64,000 nucleotides of DNA from Bacteroidota bacterium (lineage in GTDB: Bacteria; Bacteroidota; Bacteroidia; NS11-12g; UBA955). Below the pieces are notes generated by a model. That model was given only the letters and a program-made list of their open reading frames with translations. It was not told the origin of the DNA and ran no database searches. Below, one piece after another: positions 27,592 to 37,300 of the stretch. Every line of letters starts with the position of its first letter. Positions within the stretch are counted from its first letter, which is position 1. The position numbers and the translations under genes are program-made. The stretch lies in contig JAGFIU010000043.1 of the NCBI GenBank assembly GCA_024103355.1, forward strand, positions 2,102-66,101, given 5' to 3'.

Positions 27592-30500
27592 TTACCACCA
27601 TTGTGTATTATCACTCACATCAAATGCTGAAGCACGCTCTCTGCCTTCAACCTTAAACTCTTCGGATAATTCTTCTAAGTATTTCTCACGTCTCTCAGGG
27701 TTATCAATATTGACATGGTATTGAAAAGTATTACCCACAGGGTAAACTTTCCCATCCCTTACTTCAACAACAACAAGGGCGTAATATTGGAAATCTTTTG
27801 GTGCAAAATTACGAGATTCGGCACTTTTGGTACTTATATACTGATGAATCTCATAATAGAACAATCTAAATTGTTTCCCTTTTGAGTTGACTTGCTCTTG
27901 CGAAATCAGATTAAAAGTATCTTTTTCCAAATCAAATTTAGACCCTGAAAACTCATCTGTTCCATTGATTGTTATTCGGGCCAACATTTCATCATCCAAA
28001 TATTTAGTAGGTATAATATCGAGCCGACCAATATCTTCCATATTTTTATATAGGTTAAATAAATACTTTGGGTTAGAGGCTATTTTATCGACCAAAACCT
28101 TGTTTGGATTAAGTTTGTTAATTAACTGATATTTAACCATCATAATTTGATTAATTTCAGAAGTGATAGAGGTATCATAGCTTTTCACCAAATTAGCGAC
28201 CTCATTGTTTTTGACCTGAGGAAGGAGTAGCTTATATTTCTGTATCAATGTTTCGTTATAAACAGGTGAAGAATAGCTATTATCAGCCTCTCCCACTGCC
28301 TCATCCATTGCCTTGGATATATTATTTTTTTGCTCAAACGCAAGGTATTTCTTCAAGACAAACTCCGACTCTTCTAACAGTTTTGGTAAAAATGGCTCAT
28401 AAAAAGCACCATTAATAATCCCGCTATCAAGCATATTGGATAGGTCTCCTAATATATAGGACTTATACTCCTGAATATGCTCATAATCATACATTTGGGG
28501 GTACATCTGTTTCCACAATTGCATACTGTCATTTCTAAGAGGTGACCAGATATCACTATCACTAACCATCACATAAGGTAAATCTTCATGCATGATTTCC
28601 TTCAATGCATTGATTGCCTTAATATTCTTCTGCGCACAAATTACTTCGATAGCATTTAACTGAATTGGATAATTATTGGGATTATTCAGGTATAATCTTT
28701 TGGCAAACTCAATCAATTTATCATCCTTGAGTTCAGAAAGTTTATCAAGCAATATTTGTTGAACAAACTCTTGCCCCTTCTCTCTAAATGGATAAGTTTC
28801 GATTATTTGGATAACTCTATCAATGTTTGATTTATTGAGTTTTACGAATTCAACGGATGAGATAGCCTTGTTAAACCTGGCACTATCACCTGAAAACAAA
28901 TCATCTAAAAATAAATCACCCTTATTTTCAAAGATTGAAATGCCAAAAGTAGAATCAATAGGTTTAAAACTATTATAAAAAGAATCAATAAATGGTGATG
29001 ATCGATGGACAGAATCTACAAGGGTTCGTAATACATATTGTGCATCACCGCCCTCCTTGATTATATGTCTCAATTTGATAAGCCGCATACTTCCTGTGTC
29101 AGACAAATACAAATCCATGATATGAAGTCCATCCTTTTGGAACCGCACTTGAGAGGACACAGCTAATGTCATGTCTTTTGTTGACTTTCTTACAATCTCA
29201 TTAAAAAGGGAATCAACATCGGGGTAGTAGGTATATTGATGAAATTTTTCAAAAAACACTCTGATTCGTTCACCTGTTTCAGACAAATAAATATACACTT
29301 TTGAGAAGTCTTCATAGTCTTTCCGAGTTTCATAATATCCCAGATATCTTGCACTACTTTCATTGATATCCTTGGAAGTCAGTGTTGAAAAATATAATAA
29401 GGTATCAGTAAATCTCTCAAACGGTTTATGGTTCTCGAAAGGTTCAATTTTAAAGGAATTAAAGAATTTATTTGCGGCTCTTTTGTTCTTATGTGTTTTG
29501 GCTGCAAGTAAATAATAAAAGCCTCCGGAAATAAGCATCCTAAAATAGGTGATTTCACCGCTTTCTCCCGCTTTTGGAACTAGTGAAAAATCAAGACAAG
29601 GGAGTCCTTGCCATTTACCAAGTTTCTTATCTGCAACTTGTTTACTATGTTTTTTGGCAAGTTTTTCAGCGGTTCTTTCCAATTCAAAATTATCTTCTTC
29701 AATATAGTAGAAATCAATTAATACATTGCGTGTCAATAAAAACAAGCTATTTGTTTTGCTGTCATAACCTTGGAAAAGAGGTTGATTATAAACAGCCGAA
29801 ATCGGCAAATCTGAATCAAGCACATGCACAGGTGGCATTTCCACAGAAAATCCTCCATAGACATATTTTGTTCTTTTCCATTCTGTCTGTTTACTTTTAT
29901 CAATAAATTTCAATGTTGAGAAAATCGAATCAGACCAAGGTTCAATAAAATCACCTTTTCCACCCATTTTAAAAATGATAATTTCCAAAGGGGTAACAAA
30001 AATTTGATAGTGTTGCAAATCACCTGACTTTGTTCTGTTTTTTACTTCAATGCCTTTGTAAACACCATTCTTAATTCTTTGTTTTGACAATATTTTTCCG
30101 GGTATATTCTCGAAGAGTAGGCTGTCAATTTTATCAAGATAGATATCGGGTGTAATTTCCGACATTATACTAAAAGTGGCAATTTTGTTAACTGAAAAGA
30201 AGGAACCATTGGTCATCTCTGAACAAAGAAAATGAGTACCGCTGTATGGCAACTCATAGAGTTTAGCCGGCAGATTGATAGCAAACTGACTATCGGGAGA
30301 AACTTGTTTTGTGAGCGTCAAATTGGTTTTGAGTGAGTCATAATATTTTTTGGTTTCAGCCGCAATATCAGTTTTTGTAAAAATAACCGGTCTGACAGTG
30401 CACCCTTTTTTTCGCAAATATTCGATCACACCAAAGTCACCACCCAAATGCGCTGCTCCAACTCCGGCAAAGACAGAATGCCCTTTCATTAGAACAAACA

Positions 30501-31281
30501 TACTATCTGCCATCAAGCGATTGCGTTCATTGAGGAACCAATGGATATAATGGGGTGTTGAGAAGAGATTTTGCAGTTCAAGCACCAAGTCTAAATCTTG
30601 TTGACGATAAGCATCCTGAAATATTTCGCTTATGTCTTGAGTTTTCATTCGTTCTTCAAGCCACAAAGGGATAGGTTTTTCATCTTTTTTATTTTTTCTC
30701 TCTGTTTGAGCAATTCTTAGCAAGTCGTTTGTATGTTTAATATTTTCTAATCCAACCACTGTTCTTCCTGTCTTTGCACCTGCCATATAGATAAACATAT
30801 CGAGATAAGTATCTTCTTCAAAGTCTGCCATATACGGGTCACTTCTAAACTGTAGCGAATTAATCATTACGTCTCTGCTTGCTAAATAAGACCCAATCAC
30901 ATTATTTTGTGGAGGGTCTAAAGGAAATATTTTTTGATAAAAACCCTTGTCTGTATACGTATTAAATGGATAAGCACCAAAATACTCGGTGGCATATTTC
31001 AAATTCATTATTTCATCTAACCAGTTTGTGGGGTTTGATTCTAATGCAATAATATCAGCATGTTTTAGTCCTATAAAAAAAGTATCACTAAGATTAAACG
31101 CAAGTTTGCTGCTCACATGCATTGTTCCGTACAGATATGATTTTTGTCCGGGATTCTGGGGTGAGGTTACCTCCCACAACAAGGACTGATATTTTTTCTC
31201 GCTTGTTTGTGCATTAAGGAAGTCTATCGAATGGCTAAAATAAAATGCAGCTATTGAGAACAGAATAACAATTTTTTTCAT
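27592..31281 (-). CDS. Large secreted protein with an N-terminal TIKI/TraB/GumN-family domain and an unassigned C-terminal region of about 900 aa
   Basis: 1229 aa with a signal peptide. GumN-type motifs are LLWEVTSPQNPGQKSYLYGTMHV and VFAGVGAAHLGGDFGVIEYLRKKGCTVRPV. The rest has no recognised domain. Confidence 0.5.
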   Translation of the reverse strand: MKKIVILFSIAAFYFSHSIDFLNAQTSEKKYQSLLWEVTSPQNPGQKSYLYGTMHVSSKLAFNLSDTFFIGLKHADIIALESNPTNWLDEIMNLKYATEYFGAYPFNTYTDKGFYQKIFPLDPPQNNVIGSYLASRDVMINSLQFRSDPYMADFEEDTYLDMFIYMAGAKTGRTVVGLENIKHTNDLLRIAQTERKNKKDEKPIPLWLEERMKTQDISEIFQDAYRQQDLDLVLELQNLFSTPHYIHWFLNERNRLMADSMFVLMKGHSVFAGVGAAHLGGDFGVIEYLRKKGCTVRPVIFTKTDIAAETKKYYDSLKTNLTLTKQVSPDSQFAINLPAKLYELPYSGTHFLCSEMTNGSFFSVNKIATFSIMSEITPDIYLDKIDSLLFENIPGKILSKQRIKNGVYKGIEVKNRTKSGDLQHYQIFVTPLEIIIFKMGGKGDFIEPWSDSIFSTLKFIDKSKQTEWKRTKYVYGGFSVEMPPVHVLDSDLPISAVYNQPLFQGYDSKTNSLFLLTRNVLIDFYYIEEDNFELERTAEKLAKKHSKQVADKKLGKWQGLPCLDFSLVPKAGESGEITYFRMLISGGFYYLLAAKTHKNKRAANKFFNSFKIEPFENHKPFERFTDTLLYFSTLTSKDINESSARYLGYYETRKDYEDFSKVYIYLSETGERIRVFFEKFHQYTYYPDVDSLFNEIVRKSTKDMTLAVSSQVRFQKDGLHIMDLYLSDTGSMRLIKLRHIIKEGGDAQYVLRTLVDSVHRSSPFIDSFYNSFKPIDSTFGISIFENKGDLFLDDLFSGDSARFNKAISSVEFVKLNKSNIDRVIQIIETYPFREKGQEFVQQILLDKLSELKDDKLIEFAKRLYLNNPNNYPIQLNAIEVICAQKNIKAINALKEIMHEDLPYVMVSDSDIWSPLRNDSMQLWKQMYPQMYDYEHIQEYKSYILGDLSNMLDSGIINGAFYEPFLPKLLEESEFVLKKYLAFEQKNNISKAMDEAVGEADNSYSSPVYNETLIQKYKLLLPQVKNNEVANLVKSYDTSITSEINQIMMVKYQLINKLNPNKVLVDKIASNPKYLFNLYKNMEDIGRLDIIPTKYLDDEMLARITINGTDEFSGSKFDLEKDTFNLISQEQVNSKGKQFRLFYYEIHQYISTKSAESRNFAPKDFQYYALVVVEVRDGKVYPVGNTFQYHVNIDNPERREKYLEELSEEFKVEGRERASAFDVSDNTQWW

Positions 31282-31311
31282 TCTAATTTTTTAAAGTGGC
31301 AAATCTAAATT

Positions 31312-31343
31312 AATAACTGCTTGAAAAACGTCAAGTAGTTATT
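31312..31343 (-). terminator. Possible terminator hairpin after the BspA-like gene
   Basis: Imperfect 13-bp inverted repeat aataactgcttga / tcaagtagttatt with a 6-nt loop. The U-run is weak. Confidence 0.35.
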
Positions 31344-31422
31344 AATTAGTGTATTTAGAATTTAATTTGGTAAAATAGATTATTGAAATACAGAGACATG
31401 AAATTTTGTCATCATCAATCTC

Positions 31423-33753
31423 TTATTCCTTCACAATCTTGTTGACTTGTCCGGCTATGTTTATGAAGTAAATTCCGCTTACTAATCCTGACAAATCAAT
31501 TTCTAGTATTCTTTTTTCTAATTTGCCTTGCATAACCAATCTCCCTTGTACATCGGTAATCTTATATTCCTCTCCTACTTTCCCCTCGATTTTTGTCAAT
31601 CCTGTTGTCGGATTGGGATATATTGTAAATGGTTGGTATAAATTAATCGGAAATTCAACAAATCTTATTGGACTCAACTCACTTTTGCCATCATAATCTA
31701 CCTGGCGAAGGCGATAATAATTTAGTTTCTTTGGGTTGGAATCAACTAATTGATAATAACTCATTGAATAGATTGTTCCTTTTCCTTGAACAATTCCAAT
31801 AGATTCCCAATTTATTCCATCGCTATTTCTCAATACTTCAAAATGACTATTGTTTACCTCTTGAGCAGTTTGCCATGTAAGCTCTACCCTTGTATTACTA
31901 AAGTCTGGCGTTGCCTGAAAATCAATGAGCTCCACAGGCAACGGAACTGGACCACCCCCTATTGCAAAAGGTGAAAAGGCGCCATTGTAGCCAGTATGCG
32001 TCAAAGTTGTCCCACTTGCACTGCCACTGCCCGATGTCGCTATCTCCCATGCACTTATGCCTGAATTGTAGTGGTTGAGTGTGGGTGTTGCCAACAACGC
32101 TGACTCCTCTCCCGAATTCCAATAAAATTTAAAATCTACTCCACTGCCTCCATTCGCACTGGCTTTGTCTATATCCCATGTACGTTTTACGTGAGGGGGT
32201 ATCAATACACTCCCCGTCAATCCATCTTCATAAGCCTCATCCAATATCCTGATACTAAAAACATCGGCAGAACCTGTGTTGTTTTTTATCTCAATAGGAT
32301 TGTATGCACTGTTACCTACAGGGAACAACAAGGTAGCGCCATTAGCCACATTCATCTTGAGTTTACCGGTTCCGGTTGTTTTCACATAACCTGTTCCGAT
32401 ATTGCTTAGTCCGGTCACTGTCAGATTGTAATTTCCTAAGACAATCTTCTTACCCGAATTAATCATATTGATTACTCCCACTGTTCTGTCTTGGTCTAAT
32501 TCCAAATCCCTGACTACAGTACTGTGAAATTTAAAATTATCACCGGATGCAGGTAAGCCTCCCTTGTACCAATTTCCCGACTTTGACCAATCATTGTCGG
32601 TTGTACCTATCCACTCACATGGGCAATTGGAAACATCTTTACCATTATCACTAATCGTCCAACTCTTGGTAGTGGCTAAATAGTCACGAGCAGATTGAGC
32701 ATATGCTGCGTATTTGATACTTGCAGCTCCTAAGGTTATATTGCTTGGAGCTGTACCTCCCGTTGCCCAACCTATCAAGGTAGCTCCATAATTTGAACAA
32801 TCCATTCCTGAATTACTAAACATACTTACTAAACTTGTTACACTTAACAAATTCCAATTACCTAAATTCTGATTGAAATTACTCGCATTATAAAACATAA
32901 AATTCATATTGGTAACCGCGCCCGTACTCCAACTACTTATATTTCCATTGAAAGAACTTGCATTGCGAAACATAGCACTCATATTAGTTACCTTTGACAC
33001 ATCCCAAGAATTCAAATCTTGGTTAAAACTACTAGCATCATTAAACATTGAATTCATATTGGTGACAGAACCCGTACTCCAAGCGTCTATATTTTTATTG
33101 AAAGAACTTGCATTGCGAAACATAGCACTCATATTAGTTACCTTTGACACACCCCAAGAATTCAAATCTTGGTTAAAACTACTAGCATCATTAAACATAT
33201 AACTCATATCGGTCACAGAGTCAGTTTTCCAACTGCTTATATTTCCATCGAAGGAACTTGCTGAAGAAAACATAGAACTCATATTAGTTACCTTCGACAC
33301 ATCCCAAGAATTCAAATTTTGATTAAAATTACTTGCAATATAAAACATAGCATTCATATTGATTACTGAGCCCGTATTCCAATTGCTAATATCCGCATTG
33401 AAGGAACTTGCTGAAGAAAACATAGAGCTCATATCGGTTATACCTTCTGTATGCCAATTCCAATTTGCGCTTGAACCTTTTAGATTTGTGCAAGATGCAA
33501 ACATATTTGAAAGGTTTGTAACTTTTGCCAAAACCGGAGTATCTGTGGCGGTAATATCCATTCGCGAGCATCCATAAAAAGATTTCACAAAACTCGACCA
33601 TGTACTATCTCCCCATTGGGTGATTAGCTTGAGCGAATCTTTCTGTCCTCCATTATTAAAATAGATTTGCGGGAAAGACCCGTGAATCTCAACCTTATAT
33701 AATTTATCCGCGGTTCCAGTTGTAACAGTGAACGGGCCCGAGCCGGATAACAC
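31423..33753 (-). CDS. DUF285/BspA-type 26-residue-repeat surface protein with a T9SS type-A C-terminal sorting domain. The ORF as called starts at an internal GTG.
   Basis: About 10 tandem 26-aa repeats (..SVTNMSAMFRNASSFNQDLNSWDVSKV..). The C-terminal Por-secretion tail is YPNPTTGLTKIEG...GIYFINIAGQVNKIVKE. The same frame stays open upstream to an in-frame TAA at 33865..33867. Confidence 0.7.
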   Translation of the reverse strand: MLSGSGPFTVTTGTADKLYKVEIHGSFPQIYFNNGGQKDSLKLITQWGDSTWSSFVKSFYGCSRMDITATDTPVLAKVTNLSNMFASCTNLKGSSANWNWHTEGITDMSSMFSSASSFNADISNWNTGSVINMNAMFYIASNFNQNLNSWDVSKVTNMSSMFSSASSFDGNISSWKTDSVTDMSYMFNDASSFNQDLNSWGVSKVTNMSAMFRNASSFNKNIDAWSTGSVTNMNSMFNDASSFNQDLNSWDVSKVTNMSAMFRNASSFNGNISSWSTGAVTNMNFMFYNASNFNQNLGNWNLLSVTSLVSMFSNSGMDCSNYGATLIGWATGGTAPSNITLGAASIKYAAYAQSARDYLATTKSWTISDNGKDVSNCPCEWIGTTDNDWSKSGNWYKGGLPASGDNFKFHSTVVRDLELDQDRTVGVINMINSGKKIVLGNYNLTVTGLSNIGTGYVKTTGTGKLKMNVANGATLLFPVGNSAYNPIEIKNNTGSADVFSIRILDEAYEDGLTGSVLIPPHVKRTWDIDKASANGGSGVDFKFYWNSGEESALLATPTLNHYNSGISAWEIATSGSGSASGTTLTHTGYNGAFSPFAIGGGPVPLPVELIDFQATPDFSNTRVELTWQTAQEVNNSHFEVLRNSDGINWESIGIVQGKGTIYSMSYYQLVDSNPKKLNYYRLRQVDYDGKSELSPIRFVEFPINLYQPFTIYPNPTTGLTKIEGKVGEEYKITDVQGRLVMQGKLEKRILEIDLSGLVSGIYFINIAGQVNKIVKE

Positions 33754-33867
33754 TCCTGACCAACCATTGTTAGAGGCATTCCCTACCTCTTCCCAATAGA
33801 CCTTAAAGTTATAACTGCTTCCTCTCGTAGGGATAATTATCTGTCCACTACTGTTGGCTCGCCATTA

Positions 33868-33975
33868 TACAATAAACGGATCTAATGCCCTTGCATCTGA
33901 TAGTTTTAGTAACAAGAGCAATAACAATCCAAATCGAAAAAAAGTGCGATGATTAAATAACCAAATTATTTTCAT
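33868..33975 (-). other. 36-codon signal-peptide ORF in frame with the BspA-like CDS and separated from it by a single TAA
   Basis: MKIIWLFNHRTFFRFGLLLLLLLKLSDARALDPFIV, then TAA, then the same frame continues as WRANSSGQIIIPTRGSSYNFKVYWEEVGNASNNGWSG into the 31423..33753 ORF. Confidence 0.45.
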
Positions 33976-34138
33976 AAAGTCTATATTTTAGGATTGCGCA
34001 AATATAATCTCACTTTTATTACACAATATTTTATAAATACTTTTTTTTAATACCTTTTTAGTCATCCCAATAGTTAAATTAATAAAACGAGTCCAAACAT
34101 AGCCAAGCATAGTTAGAGCAGTTATGCTTTATTGAAAA

Positions 34139-34176
34139 AGAGCCATTAGGGAAGCTTCCCTAATGGCTCTTTTTTA
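34139..34176. terminator. Bidirectional rho-independent terminator
   Basis: Perfect 32-nt palindrome agagccattagggaagcttccctaatggctct, flanked by A5 upstream and T6 downstream. Confidence 0.75.
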
Positions 34177-34196
34177 TTCTTTTATTTATAAATGAA

Positions 34197-34319
34197 TTAT
34201 TCCTTCACAATCTTGTTGACTTGTCCGGCTATGTTTATGAAGTAAATTCCGCTTACCAATCCTAATAATTCAACAAAAGCTATCGTAATGTTTGTGCATG
34301 AAATATGGAAAAACAAACC
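34197..34319 (-). pseudogene. Orphan 3' remnant of a T9SS type-A CTD gene (last 40 codons plus stop, no start codon)
   Basis: Translates as GLFFHISCTNITIAFVELLGLVSGIYFINIAGQVNKIVKE*. Bases 34197..34256 are identical to 31423..31482, the 3' end of the BspA-like gene. An upstream in-frame TAA lies at 34320..34322 and no ATG is present. Confidence 0.55.
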
Positions 34320-34341
34320 TTAAAGCCATAGAGATAAGCCC

Positions 34342-34349
34342 TATCTTTG
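34342..34349 (+). promoter_or_regulatory. Candidate -7 promoter element (TAnnTTTG) for the 2475-aa gene
   Basis: The sequence tatctttg lies about 22 nt upstream of ATG 34372. Confidence 0.3.
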
Positions 34350-34368
34350 CACTCCGCATTCGTGTAAG

Positions 34369-37300
34369 GTGATGGCTCTAAGAAAAACATTTATTTTGTT
34401 ACTATTATCAAGTATTCTTATTGGCATCAGCCGGCAAGCAAAGGCACAGTGCGTTGCTGATTACAGCATCATTTCTCGCAGTTGCGACAAAGACACCGTT
34501 CATTTTTCCTTTACCGGCAACGGGAAAAAGTTTCAATGGGACTTTGATGATCCTGCTTCTGGTGTTAGAAACTCTGACACTCTCAGCAATCCAAAACATC
34601 AATTTACTTCAGCAGGTTCCTATTATGTCAGATTGGTTGTTTTTGACTCCGCATGCACTGATACCGTTACCAAATTAGTACAGATATACACAAATCCAAC
34701 CATTGCTTATTCATACTCTAATAATTGTAAAAATCTGATTTCCAAATACAATTCTTCGATTACCATTGATTCGGTTGATTCCATCAGACAGATTTATTGG
34801 TTTTTGAACAATGTACTTATTGATTCAGGAAGCAACATCTCTCACATATTTTCAGACACTGGGATAATAAACCTATCCACAGTTGTTGTTACCGGGGAGG
34901 GATGTACTGACAGCTTTAATAAACCTATAAAGGTATTCCCGGCCCCTGTTATAGAATCAGACAAGTCAAGTGCATGTGAAGATAAGGATATTAATTTCAA
35001 TCTCAAATCCGGTTTTGTACCTGAAATTAAAAATTACAAATGGAATTTCGGTGACGGCTCAATCAGCAGTCAAGCCTCACCTAAATATCAATTCTCTAAT
35101 GGTGGGCTTTACCCTGTTTCGCTTTTGCTAACCTATTCAGACAGCAGCTCCTGTTTATCAAACGCTGATTCAATCAAGATAACAAACAAACCCAATACCG
35201 CATTTCGTCTTTTGAGTGATAGCGTTCAATGTTTTCAAGGAAATCAATTTTGTTTTGAATTTTTGGGCAGGGAAAAGAATTTGAGTTATCGTTCTGTCAT
35301 ATTTGGTGATGGCAATAAGAACAACACTTTCCCATTGACAGACAGCACACTTTATTACTCATACAACGACAGTTTAGGCAGAGTTTATTCAATAACTTAT
35401 GAAGCTATTGACTCAAACGGTTGTTCAAACACAACAACCATTGACAGCTTAATAACACTTCACCCTAAGATCAATTTATTATTTGGTTACAGTAGAACTC
35501 TTGGATGTTTCAGCACTCCTGTATCATTCACAAATTACAGCAACACCACACCTCCTAGCATTATAAAATTCAAATGGGATTTTGGTGACAGCACCCTTGA
35601 CTCTACATCGTGGAATCCAAGTCATACTTATACACAAAACGGAATATTCTCGGTTTCGCTCGAAGTTCTGAGTGACAAGGGTTGTCAAGTGAAAACAACT
35701 TACAACAAAATCATCGAAAATGTAAACTTCAAAGCAGATACTCACTTGGACAGTGTCATTAGTTTTTGTAGAAGCGACAACAAATTTTTCTATAAACAAA
35801 CCCCGATACTCGGTGCCAGCGTACGATGGTATTGGGGAGATGGTGACACCTCTTACACATGGAGTGTAAACAAACATTACAATAACCCGGGTACATATTA
35901 TCCAAGAATAAGAATCTGGGCTTCTAACTGTATTGTTGATACTGTTTTCGATACGATAACCATTACAGGGCCTCGTGCTTTAGCAAGCAATATAATCAAC
36001 CGATATCAATGTCAAATCAAAGACACTATATACTTTACAAACAGCAGTTTATTCGATTTTAACAAAAGCAGAAGTACATTTTGGGATTTTGGTGATATTT
36101 ATGCACCAAGTTGTACGACAAACCTCGCAAAGGGTATCAATGTAGGTATGAATTGTCGATATAGCACCGACAGCATTTTAACCCAACACTATTACACCCC
36201 CGGCAAAGAGCAGTGTTACTATACAAAATTGGTTGTAAGTGATTCCATAATAGGTTGTGCGGACTCAACGTATATAAGCCTTCCGCTAACAGCACCCAAA
36301 GCGGATATAGACCTCTTAGCCACTCCTCCTCGATTAGGAATGAGTCTTAACAAAAATAGAACTTGCCTGAGTGAAGAAGGAGACTATGTCAATGTCTTAG
36401 TTCTAAACTTAAATAACACACAGCCTGCTTGTGCCAGACAACGATGGTGGGTGATGTGGGACTCTCTTGGTGCACGCCAATCAGGCAGCTTTGATTCACA
36501 TTGGGAATCTTATGCCGACTCGCATTACTATAGTTTTGCAAATAAACCTGCCGACACAAATGGATATGTAACTATCGGATTGATTATTGAGAATGGTAGC
36601 GACTCTAGCAACAACGTTTGCAGAGATACGGCATGGTATCACCATTTTTTGAAATTTGAAATTTATGACCCTGAATTTGTTTCAGACTATGACTCAACTG
36701 TACAGTACTGCAAAGGTTCAACTTTTACTTTTCGTTTAAAGGATACAACACAAAAAGCACTTTCTAAAGTAATATGGGATTGGGCTGACGGGAGTTTGTC
36801 TCAACTAACATCAGGAAACCTTACGGCACCTATCAAACACACATTCTATAAGCCCGGAATATACAAAGTTATTGTAACTGTGATTACTGACTCCGGTTGT
36901 ATTGCAACTTATTCAAAGAGAATCGAAGTAGGCTATAACATCAATTTTGGCGTAAGTAATGTTTATTCGTCTTCGGGGCAACGATTTTGTGAGAATACCA
37001 AAATACCCTTATCGTTTGATGTCGGTTATATTGGCACTACACGCAATGAATGGCATGATACCATGCGTTTGAAAGCCGGTAAAGAAAAAATCAGGTGGGA
37101 TATGGGAGACGGTCTTGGTTATCAGGACTTGGGATTTCCGCCTTTTTCCTATCAATACAACAAAGGAGGTTATTATAAAATATCCTTGATAGCTGAAGAC
37201 AGTGTAGGCTGTATGGATACAATGACAGTTCCCGATGCCATTCTTATTACTCATATCAAGTCAAAAATTACAACCTCACAAGACAGCTTTGTTTGTGCAC

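Noticed and set aside
32909-33577. Plus-strand ORFs 32909..33202 and 33359..33577 with internally repeated peptides
   Set aside because: They are antisense shadows of the DUF285 repeat array. They are useful only as a read-out of the DNA tandem repeat.
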